Assembly: GCA_963729895.1 (NCBI GenBank)
Contig: CAVSQB010000003.1
Coordinates: forward strand, 96,001 to 160,000
Length of the DNA stretch: 64,000 bases
Reading direction: 5' to 3'
From: an uncultured Fibrobacterota bacterium
GTDB lineage: Bacteria > Fibrobacterota > Chitinivibrionia > Chitinivibrionales > FEN-1185
The translations under genes were made by a program, and so were the position numbers. Of the stretch, positions 56,658 to 64,000 are shown piece after piece (the stretch's first letter is position 1; each line of letters begins with the position of its first letter). The notes beneath the pieces were generated by a model, which did no database searches, was not told the origin of the DNA, and was given only the letters and a program-made list of their open reading frames with translations.

Positions 56658-57146
56658 ATGCGTATCGGAATAGCAGGCTTCGCCGTTGTCTTTTTCCTGA
56701 TTGCCGGAGCGTCGCCCGCGTTGTGCGCGAGCGATTCAGCCTCTCTCTCGAGGGACTCAACGCGGCACAGATTGTGGGCGCAGCTTAATCTCACGGAAGA
56801 TCAGAAAGCCAAGCTCAAAGGCATGCGCAGTGAAATGCGCGAATTTCGCAAACAGAATTTCGAGAAAATGAAGGCCCTGCTCGACAAGAGCAAGGAAGAA
56901 CTGCTCAAGCCCTCGCCCAGCAAAACCGTTTTGTACGGCTATGCAAAGGAGATGGGCGAACTTCACAAGGCAATGTCCGAACACATGGCCAACCACATGC
57001 TTACCATAAAGTCGGTTCTTACAAAAGAACAGTTTGCGAAACTTCTGAGCAACGAATTTCACCCTCCCATGGGCGGCGGACATACCGGAAGCCACGACGG
57101 TCCGCCGGCCGGCGCGGGTCACCGGGCCGATTCCGACGACGACTGA
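56658..57146 (+). CDS. Spy/CpxP-family periplasmic protein
   Basis: Signal peptide; LNLTEDQ and VLTKEQ (LTxxQ) motifs; His/Met-rich. Confidence 0.85.
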   Translation: MRIGIAGFAVVFFLIAGASPALCASDSASLSRDSTRHRLWAQLNLTEDQKAKLKGMRSEMREFRKQNFEKMKALLDKSKEELLKPSPSKTVLYGYAKEMGELHKAMSEHMANHMLTIKSVLTKEQFAKLLSNEFHPPMGGGHTGSHDGPPAGAGHRADSDDD

Positions 57147-57168
57147 TCAACTCCTGTTTCGGTTGCAG

Positions 57169-57214
57169 AGAAATGCCGAACGCCGCGTCTGTCAACGCGG
57201 CGTTCGGCATTTCT
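57169..57214. terminator. 20-bp stem-loop between convergent genes
   Basis: AGAAATGCCGAACGCCGCGT-ctgtca-ACGCGGCGTTCGGCATTTCT. Confidence 0.75.
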
Positions 57215-58163
57215 ATTCCAAAGGTTCCGGCGCGGGCGATTGCCGCGCGCCGGCGCGCGGGTGGGCTTGCCGGTACGTCCTGAGCAGGTGTTCCTTTGAC
57301 ATGTGCGTATAGATCTGCGTTGTGGACAACGACGAATGGCCCAGCAGTTCCTTGACGGCCCGGATGTCGGCCCCCCTGTCGAGCAGGTGCGTTGCGAACG
57401 AATGGCGCAGCACATGCGGGCTTCGCTTCTTCTGCTGGGTGACGGCCGACAGCTCGGCCGACACGATCCGCTCTATTTGCCTGCGGGACAGGCGCCGTCC
57501 CGCGCCGTTTGTGAACAAAGGGGTGTCAGCCGCCTTCGGCGCCGGCTGCGCCGGCCGGGCGCTCAGGTATTCCCGTATCGCAGAAACGGCGCTATCCGTT
57601 ACGGGAACCACTCGTTCCTTTCTCCCCTTGCCGAGCACGCGCACGCTTGCGCGCTTGTAGTCGATGGTGCCCGCGTTCAGCCCATGCAGTTCGGCAAGGC
57701 GCAACCCGGCGCCGTACAAGAGCTCCACAATGGCGCGGCTTCTCAAAAAGTCGAGAGGGTGATTCGGGTCTCCTTTTCCCGCAGGGGATGCGAGTTGCCT
57801 TGCCTGCGTCTCCGTAAGAAACGCGGGAAGCGGCTTGTCGAGTTTGGGGTTTGCCAGAAGTTTTGCCGGACTGGCGGTTAGGATATGCCGCTTGACGCAG
57901 AACTTTGAAAACGATTTGAGAGCAGCCACTTTGCGTGCCATTGAGCGGGATTTGAGGCCCTGTTCACCCAGCGTATAGGTAAAATCCCGCAAAACGCTCT
58001 TCTTCATGATATCTTCAAATGCGGCATTTGCAAGGTTTTGGGCAACAAACGAGCCGAACTGGGCAAGGTCTGTTTTGTACGCTTCAACTGTGTGGCTGGA
58101 ATAGCCCTTCTCTTTCAGCAGATAGTCAAGGAAGGAGGCGACGTGATCCTGGAAGGTGCTCAC
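57213..58163 (-). CDS. xerC: Tyrosine recombinase XerC
   Basis: SSHTVEAYKTDL, ELLYGAGLR, GKGRKER, SPHVLRHSFATHLL, LLGHSSLSTTQIYTH. Confidence 0.9.
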   Translation of the reverse strand: MSTFQDHVASFLDYLLKEKGYSSHTVEAYKTDLAQFGSFVAQNLANAAFEDIMKKSVLRDFTYTLGEQGLKSRSMARKVAALKSFSKFCVKRHILTASPAKLLANPKLDKPLPAFLTETQARQLASPAGKGDPNHPLDFLRSRAIVELLYGAGLRLAELHGLNAGTIDYKRASVRVLGKGRKERVVPVTDSAVSAIREYLSARPAQPAPKAADTPLFTNGAGRRLSRRQIERIVSAELSAVTQQKKRSPHVLRHSFATHLLDRGADIRAVKELLGHSSLSTTQIYTHMSKEHLLRTYRQAHPRAGARQSPAPEPLE

Positions 58164-58512
58164 AAATATGATTCCTTTCAGATATCTGTGCGTTCCTTAG
58201 AAAAATATTACGGCATGCGGGAATATCAAATACAAATCGCGCAGAGGGGGCAGCAATATCCGAGTACGATTTTGGATTGCTGAGCCGGTGCGGCGAATAT
58301 CAAAATGAAGATCCTTTTTTTGTGTGCTGAGCGGGTGCCCCACAGCCAAGGATTGGATTCTTGAAACTCAACTTTCTTTGGGGTCACCCGGCACTGCTAT
58401 CCAAATGAATTTCTTTGTCTTGATTTCCGATTCAGTACTCCAGATTAATTATTTTATTCTGATAAGCTGGTCGCAAGGATTCACTCCCGAAAATCAATGA
58501 AAGGATCCGTCT

Positions 58513-58929
58513 ATGGTATTCGGAAAGGACTTCTCAGTCCAAACACAGGGTTTCTCCGATGTTGTCGATATCACCCCGGATGTCGAATCGATTATAAAAG
58601 AATCAAAGATCAATGACGGCGTGGCCACAGTCTTTGTCGTGGGTTCCACCGCGTCAATTTCCACCATCGAATTCGAGCCTGCCCTCGCCGAGGACATGAA
58701 GGAACAGCTTAACGAGATTGTTCCCAGCACTTTGCGCAGCCGCCACTCCGAAACATGGGGCGACGACAACGGCTTCTCTCACATCAGGGCCACGCTCATG
58801 GGGCCGGGAATCACGGTGCCGTTCCAGTCGGAAAGACTGGTTCTGGGGACGTGGCAGCAGATCGTGGTGATAGACCACGACAACCGGCCGCGTTCACGAA
58901 AAATCTTTGTCCAAGTGATCGGCGGGTAA
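58513..58929 (+). CDS. yjbQ: YjbQ/UPF0047 family protein
   Basis: DIT, GSTAS, DNGFSHIRA, LGTWQ. Confidence 0.9.
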   Translation: MVFGKDFSVQTQGFSDVVDITPDVESIIKESKINDGVATVFVVGSTASISTIEFEPALAEDMKEQLNEIVPSTLRSRHSETWGDDNGFSHIRATLMGPGITVPFQSERLVLGTWQQIVVIDHDNRPRSRKIFVQVIGG

Positions 58930-59037
58930 TTCGGAATTTCCGTCATATTTTATTTGACAACAGTTTTCCTTTTAATATTTTAGATTTAACAGTACAAGGG
59001 GCGTTAAAGGGTTTTCACCATTAACGAGGGAGGTTTT

Positions 59038-59730
59038 ATGAAGAAGTGTCTCATTACCTCATGCAGTGCCATATTGGCTTCAGTCCTGCTTCTGGCCTCA
59101 ACCGCTTGGAGCGATGACGTGACTCCTCCGATTGCGGCAAATGCGAAGGCGGCGCTGTTTACTTTCAGCGGATTGTCAAACATAGCTGCGGGCGCCTTTA
59201 ACGGCGGCCTTGGCGGGAAATATTACATATTGGATCCTCTCGCTCTTCGCGCAAGCCTGCTGTTTAGCCTTGCCGATCAGGGAACCCCGGCTCCTGCCGC
59301 GGGCGGAACGGCCGGCGATGCGAACACCTGGAGTGTCGGCCTCAATGTTGGGGCTGAGTATCATTTGCTGAAGACTCGAGTGAGCCCTTACGTAGGCGGT
59401 GCATTGGGGTTTGTGTCGACGTCGACTTCGGAAAAAGACGCGGTTCTCACCGGAGCCCCTCAGTATACAGTAACGAATGCCCCGGTAATAATTAACGGCA
59501 CAACCTATCCAGCCGGCGGCTTTAATTTCAACATAGCCGCGCTCGCCGGCGTCGAATTCTTTATTATCAAGGAATTGAGCCTGAGCGCGGAATACCGGTT
59601 CGGGTATTCGGTGACCGCCCCCTACGATCAGAAAACCACCGAACCCAATGTCGCCCCAGTCAAGAACGGCGCAATTACGAATTTCGGAATCTACGCAATC
59701 GGCGCACTTACTCTGGGCTTCTATTTCTAA
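59038..59730 (+). CDS. Outer-membrane beta-barrel protein
   Basis: Signal peptide; alternating beta strands (VSPYVGG, GVEFF, LSAEY); terminal LGFYF. Confidence 0.85.
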   Translation: MKKCLITSCSAILASVLLLASTAWSDDVTPPIAANAKAALFTFSGLSNIAAGAFNGGLGGKYYILDPLALRASLLFSLADQGTPAPAAGGTAGDANTWSVGLNVGAEYHLLKTRVSPYVGGALGFVSTSTSEKDAVLTGAPQYTVTNAPVIINGTTYPAGGFNFNIAALAGVEFFIIKELSLSAEYRFGYSVTAPYDQKTTEPNVAPVKNGAITNFGIYAIGALTLGFYF

Positions 59731-59758
59731 TCTAAAGAATTATTTTTCCCACCCTTCG

Positions 59759-59790
59759 GGCCGGAAAGACTGCCTTTCCGGCCTTTTTTT
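59759..59790 (+). terminator. Intrinsic terminator
   Basis: GGCCGGAAAG/CTTTCCGGCC stem followed by T7. Confidence 0.85.
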
Positions 59791-59898
59791 ATTGCCAGCC
59801 GTCCAACCTTTTGGTCTTCATTTGATGGGTGACAGATTGTATTTTCTCAAATCGTTCGCATCCCCGCAGAGATCGAACCCGGCAACAAGAAGGACGCC

Positions 59899-60786
59899 AT
59901 GAAAGGCATAATCCTGGCGGGCGGTTCAGGCACGCGGCTGTATCCCGTCACGCTCGCAGTATGCAAGCAGCTCATGCCCATTTACGACAAGCCGATGGTG
60001 TACTATCCGCTCACCATTCTCATGCTTGCGGGAATACGCGACATTCTTGTGATAAGCACGCCGCAGGACATTGAGGCGTTCAGGCGCCTGCTGGGTGACG
60101 GAAGCCGGTGGGGGCTTCATCTTTCGTACGCGGTACAGCCGAAGCCCGAGGGAATCGCGCAGGCCTTTATTGTCGGAAGGGAATTCATCGGAAACGACGC
60201 CGTGGCGCTTATCCTCGGGGACAATATCTTCTGGGGCCACGGACTCATCGGCACGCTTGCCCAGGCGGCCGCAAAAAAAGACGGGGCAACCATTTTCGGG
60301 TACTGGGTGAACGACCCGGAGCGCTACGGCGTGGTGGAAATCGATTCGTCGGGAAAGCCGACAAACCTCGTTGAAAAACCGCAGAAGCCTTTGTCCCCGT
60401 ACGCCGTGACAGGACTTTACTTCTACGACAACCGGGTGGCGCAGCTCGCAGCGCGCCTCAGGCCGTCCGCGCGCGGCGAGTTTGAAATAACGGACCTGAA
60501 CCGGCTGTATCTACACGAAGGAAAGCTCGACGTTGTCCTCCTGGGCAGGGGCGTGGCCTGGCTCGACACCGGAACGCACGAGTCCATGCTCCAGGCGTCG
60601 GTCTTTGTCGAAACGATCCAGTCGCGCCAGGGACTCAAGGTCTCGTGCCCGGAAGAAATTGCGTTCAGGCTCGGCTACATCTCACGCGAACAGCTTGCGC
60701 GGCTCGCCGAACCCATGAAGAAAAACGGCTACGGCGGCTACCTTCTGCAACTCGCGTCCGGCGCGCGTGAGGGTGCGGCATCATGA
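59899..60786 (+). CDS. rfbA: Glucose-1-phosphate thymidylyltransferase
   Basis: [41 protein letters not shown]. Confidence 0.97.
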   Translation: MKGIILAGGSGTRLYPVTLAVCKQLMPIYDKPMVYYPLTILMLAGIRDILVISTPQDIEAFRRLLGDGSRWGLHLSYAVQPKPEGIAQAFIVGREFIGNDAVALILGDNIFWGHGLIGTLAQAAAKKDGATIFGYWVNDPERYGVVEIDSSGKPTNLVEKPQKPLSPYAVTGLYFYDNRVAQLAARLRPSARGEFEITDLNRLYLHEGKLDVVLLGRGVAWLDTGTHESMLQASVFVETIQSRQGLKVSCPEEIAFRLGYISREQLARLAEPMKKNGYGGYLLQLASGAREGAAS

Positions 60787-61328
60787 CCTTCACGGAAACG
60801 AAACTGCGCGGGGTGTGGGAACTGGAACCGCTTGTCCACGAAGACAAGCGCGGTTTCTTTCTTGAATCGTTTTCCGCCCGCGACATGGAAGTGCGGGGCC
60901 TGCCGGCGTATTTTGTGCAGGACAATCACGCCCGCTCTCTGGCGGCAGGGGTTCTGAGGGGCCTTCATTTTCAGGAGCCGCCTTTTGCGCAATGCAAGCT
61001 CGTCCGCGTCGTGCGCGGGAGCGTGTACGACGTGGTGGTGGACCTGCGCAGGCAGTCTCCGACCTTCGGCGCGTGGCTCGGACTCACCCTGAGCGAAGAG
61101 AACAAAAAAATGCTTTTTGTTCCCCGGGGGTTTGCCCACGGCTATTGCACCATGGCCCCCGACACCGAATTTCTTTACAAAGTAGATGCCTACTACGCTC
61201 CGCAGCACGACGCCGGCATTCGCTGGAACGACCCGGACATAGGCGTCGCGTGGCCGGTGGCGAGCCCCGTTATTTCCGACAAAGACGGAAAACTCCCGTT
61301 TCTGAAGGACATCGAGTCGCCGTTTTGA
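60783..61328 (+). CDS. rfbC: dTDP-4-dehydrorhamnose 3,5-epimerase
   Basis: [39 protein letters not shown]. Confidence 0.96.
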   Translation: MTFTETKLRGVWELEPLVHEDKRGFFLESFSARDMEVRGLPAYFVQDNHARSLAAGVLRGLHFQEPPFAQCKLVRVVRGSVYDVVVDLRRQSPTFGAWLGLTLSEENKKMLFVPRGFAHGYCTMAPDTEFLYKVDAYYAPQHDAGIRWNDPDIGVAWPVASPVISDKDGKLPFLKDIESPF

Positions 61329-61355
61329 CGGCAAAACCCTTGTGCGAAATGCAGG

Positions 61356-62186
61356 ATGAAAGATCAAACCGACGGCCTCCCGAACCCGCTCAAAGTCGTT
61401 CTCGACTCCATCGGCTATATCACCTATTTCCTCGCCATTGCAGGGTTCCTGTGCATCGGGCTCCCGGTTCTTCTGATGTTTGCCGCGTGGCCCCCGGTCA
61501 TGCGCACCATAATGTACACGGTGCTCAAGGGCTACGCGTTCTTCCTCACGCGACTCTGGCTGCCTGCCCTCCAGGTGTATTCGGTACGAGAAATAGCGGG
61601 ATTCAACGAATCGGCGCTGCGCGGGTCGATTGTGGTGGCCAACCACAGGAGCAGGCTCGATGCCCCCCTCATGCTGTCGATCCTTCCGTACGCCGCCGTG
61701 GTCATCAAGCTGAAATACGCCCGCATTCCCGTGTACTCGTCCTTTGTCAAGCACCTCGATTTTGTGAGCATCGACCCGGACTCGCTGCAGTCGCTCGGCT
61801 CGGCAGTCGAAAAATGCCGCTCTGTGCTTGCAAAAGGGAAAAGCCTGCTCGTGTTTCCCGAGGGAACGCGGGCAACGACGGGAAAGCTCCTTCCCTACAA
61901 GCCGTTCCCGTTCAAGGTAGCCCTCGAAACCGGCGCGCCGGTGGTCCCGGTTCTTATATATTCCGATCTTGCTCTTATGGCGCGCCGCAAAGGAAGTATT
62001 TTCCCACGGCGCAGGTTTTCCTATGCCGTACGGTTCCTGCCGGCCTGCCGGCCCGAACCGGGTGAAACGGCCGCGGCATTTGCGGAGCGGGTGCGCCGGA
62101 TGATGGCCGGAGAGCTGGCCGTACTTGACAAAGGGACTCTCTGGGACCGCGGCCCGAACGCCGGCGATGCATCGGGGAAATTGTAG
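61356..62186 (+). CDS. PlsC-family acyltransferase
   Basis: VANHRSRLD (HxxxxD), VFPEGTR. Confidence 0.9.
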   Translation: MKDQTDGLPNPLKVVLDSIGYITYFLAIAGFLCIGLPVLLMFAAWPPVMRTIMYTVLKGYAFFLTRLWLPALQVYSVREIAGFNESALRGSIVVANHRSRLDAPLMLSILPYAAVVIKLKYARIPVYSSFVKHLDFVSIDPDSLQSLGSAVEKCRSVLAKGKSLLVFPEGTRATTGKLLPYKPFPFKVALETGAPVVPVLIYSDLALMARRKGSIFPRRRFSYAVRFLPACRPEPGETAAAFAERVRRMMAGELAVLDKGTLWDRGPNAGDASGKL

Positions 62187-62201
62187 GATACAGGGGCACG
62201 T

Positions 62202-62696
62202 ATGACCGAACACAGGACATTCGAGCTGGAGGACATCCTCGCGATACTGCCGCACCGGCCGCCGTTCCTCTTTGTAGACCTGGTCACCAGGCTCGTTGTT
62301 GACAAATTAATAATCGCCGAACGAACCATCCGCGACGACGAGCCGTTCTTCGCAGGGCATTTCCCGCAGAAGCACGTGATGCCCGGCGTGCTGGTCACCG
62401 ACGCGCTTGCGCAGGCCAGCGGTCTTCTTTGGGGATTTTCCAGGAAAGCCGCGGGCGGCGTTTCGACGTCCCCGACGGAGGGCGTGCCGCCCGCCTCAGC
62501 GCCGCGGATGTTTTATCTCGCATCGGCAAATATGAAATTCCTGAACCCGTCGTTCCCGGGCGAGACCCTCGAGCTGGTCTCCACGTGCGAAACCAGCCTT
62601 GGTGCACTGTTCAGCTATTCGGTGGAAGCGCACGTGGGAAGAAAGATTGTTGCCAAGGGGACCCTTGCACTGGCCATGATGGACGGCACGCCATGA
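62202..62696 (+). CDS. FabZ/FabA-family 3-hydroxyacyl-ACP dehydratase
   Basis: ILPHRPPFLFVD, FFAGHFP...MPGVL. Confidence 0.88.
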   Translation: MTEHRTFELEDILAILPHRPPFLFVDLVTRLVVDKLIIAERTIRDDEPFFAGHFPQKHVMPGVLVTDALAQASGLLWGFSRKAAGGVSTSPTEGVPPASAPRMFYLASANMKFLNPSFPGETLELVSTCETSLGALFSYSVEAHVGRKIVAKGTLALAMMDGTP

Positions 62697-63778
62697 AGGT
62701 GCTCCTGTTGCGCGCCAACCCGAGAAAGAACGGCTTTACCCGGCGCCTGACCGATCTGTTTGTCAAGGGCATTCGCGACGCGGGAGCCCCGCTCGTGGAA
62801 CGGGACCTGGCGTCGCTTACCATCAAGCAATGCACGGGGTGCTACAGCTGCTGGGTCACGTCGCCGGGCAGGTGCATCCTCCGGGACGACATGCCGACTA
62901 TTCTGCAGGACATTCTCGATGCGGATATCATCGTGTGCTCCACGCCGCTCAACGCATTTTCGGTAAGCAGCCTTCTCAAGAATGTTTTCGACCGGACCCT
63001 GCCGCTTACGCAGTCGCGCTTCGAGCAGTCACCGGCGGGCACGGTGCGCAACTCGCTCCGGTTCCCGGAACGATGGCCCAAGAAGATTGCGGCCATCGTG
63101 GTGGGGGCGTTCAAAGGCGAGGAAAATTTCTCCGCCGTGCGAAGCATGCTGATGCTCTATGCCAACGCCATGTCCATGGAGTATTGCGGCGAACTTATCA
63201 GGCCGGAGTCCTACCTGCTCCAGTTTACGCTTGCCAAACCGCTTACCGTCAAGTCGATAGAAGCGGCATTTGTGAAGGCGGGATACGAACTGGCCTCTGC
63301 AGGCCGGATTACTTCGGAGACGCAGCGGAAGGCGGCGGTCCCGCTTTCGCCGGACCTGAATTATTTCAAGAAATACTCCAACATTTACTGGGAGCATGCG
63401 GTTGCGCTGGGAGAACAATCCCGCGACCTTGACCTCCTGAGCAAAAACGTGATGTCCGACGTACGCATCCTCATGCAGGAGATGGCGCGCAGCGTTGACC
63501 CCCTGGCAACCGCCCACCTCGCGGCCTCGTTCCAATTCGATTTTCCCGACAAGCAGTACGCGTTCACCCTTGCCGTCGATCACGGCGCGTGCACATGTAC
63601 AGAGGGCAAGGCCGATAAGCCCAACCTGACGGTGACGGTTTCCACCGACGTGTGGGCAAAGGTGTTCATGCGTCAGATTAACGTGCGGGACGCGCTCATG
63701 AGCAAACAGATTGTGCTGGAGGGGGACAAGTTCCTGTTTTCGAGGCTCGACAGGTATTTTCCGCCCCCGGTGATGTGA
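62693..63778 (+). CDS. Iron-sulfur flavoprotein (flavodoxin-like) fused to an SCP2 lipid-binding domain
   Basis: NPRKNGFT, CTGCYSCW...GRC...DDM; C-terminal SFQFDF...KPNLTV...LEGD. Confidence 0.82.
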   Translation: MKVLLLRANPRKNGFTRRLTDLFVKGIRDAGAPLVERDLASLTIKQCTGCYSCWVTSPGRCILRDDMPTILQDILDADIIVCSTPLNAFSVSSLLKNVFDRTLPLTQSRFEQSPAGTVRNSLRFPERWPKKIAAIVVGAFKGEENFSAVRSMLMLYANAMSMEYCGELIRPESYLLQFTLAKPLTVKSIEAAFVKAGYELASAGRITSETQRKAAVPLSPDLNYFKKYSNIYWEHAVALGEQSRDLDLLSKNVMSDVRILMQEMARSVDPLATAHLAASFQFDFPDKQYAFTLAVDHGACTCTEGKADKPNLTVTVSTDVWAKVFMRQINVRDALMSKQIVLEGDKFLFSRLDRYFPPPVM

Positions 63779-63818
63779 GAGGCCGCAGCGATCCATTGAT
63801 GAAGAAGATCTCCGGCGG

Positions 63819-64000
63819 TTACTCTTTCTGCGGTTTTCTCGTATGATACCCTTTTTCCCCATACGGCCCGAGTCTGTCGAGCCATAATTCTTCCAGCGTT
63901 TTCAAATCGCCGTCGCAGTCCCACAGCGGATCGTCCTTGGGTTCCAGACGGTCCAGAATTTCAAACGAAAACCCGGCCTCGCCGAGCTGCGAATAATCTT
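63819..64000 (-). CDS. Partial GIY-YIG-like protein (3' end only)
   Basis: Translated by hand: DYSQLGEAGFSFEILDRLEPKDDPLWDCDGDLKTLEELWLDRLGPYGEKGYHTRKPQKE*. Confidence 0.65.
   Translation of the reverse strand, partial: DYSQLGEAGFSFEILDRLEPKDDPLWDCDGDLKTLEELWLDRLGPYGEKGYHTRKPQKE

Noticed and set aside
57213..58163. Integron or phage integrase
   Set aside because: Housekeeping XerC-like sequence with no IntI-specific insertion and no adjacent cassettes or att sites.
60738..62255. 505-aa minus-strand ORF
   Set aside because: Antisense to rfbC and the acyltransferase; no recognisable motifs.

Overview
Moderately GC-rich bacterial chromosomal window. Several secreted proteins carry T9SS/FlgD-Ig-like sorting domains, suggesting an FCB-group organism, possibly Fibrobacterota (inference only). 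In order: (1) a sulfur amino-acid region (tcdA, CMD-family gene, two trans-sulfuration enzymes, trxA, cysK, metY, a Cys-rich HPr, an Rrf2 regulator, a truncated ThiF/MoeB); (2) ECF sigma, GT9, and a tail-collar plus YWTD-propeller pair; (3) secreted glycan enzymes (GH2, GH55, GH9), an FN3 lipoprotein, and a complete 901-bp IS1595 element with an 8-bp target duplication; (4) rmuC, three tRNAs (Ser, Phe, Arg), a STAS-TM-PEGA protein with a probable ATC start, recD2, a bS22-like small protein missing from the ORF track, and a secreted beta-helix protein; (5) a copper/silver efflux locus (YHS protein, TolC, cusB, cusA, copA, CDF); (6) housekeeping genes (hisA, htpX, dCMP deaminase, rpiB, ECF sigma/anti-sigma/Spy, xerC, yjbQ, OMP); (7) rfbA-rfbC-acyltransferase-FabZ-like-flavoprotein/SCP2. 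The most striking unexplained signal is a dispersed family of covarying, highly structured intergenic elements: three long and two or three short copies, ending in GGGAACGCCCAA-like motifs, nearly always just past the stop codon of a minus-strand gene. No CRISPR array or rRNA was seen. All calls come from reading motifs by eye; no searches were run.
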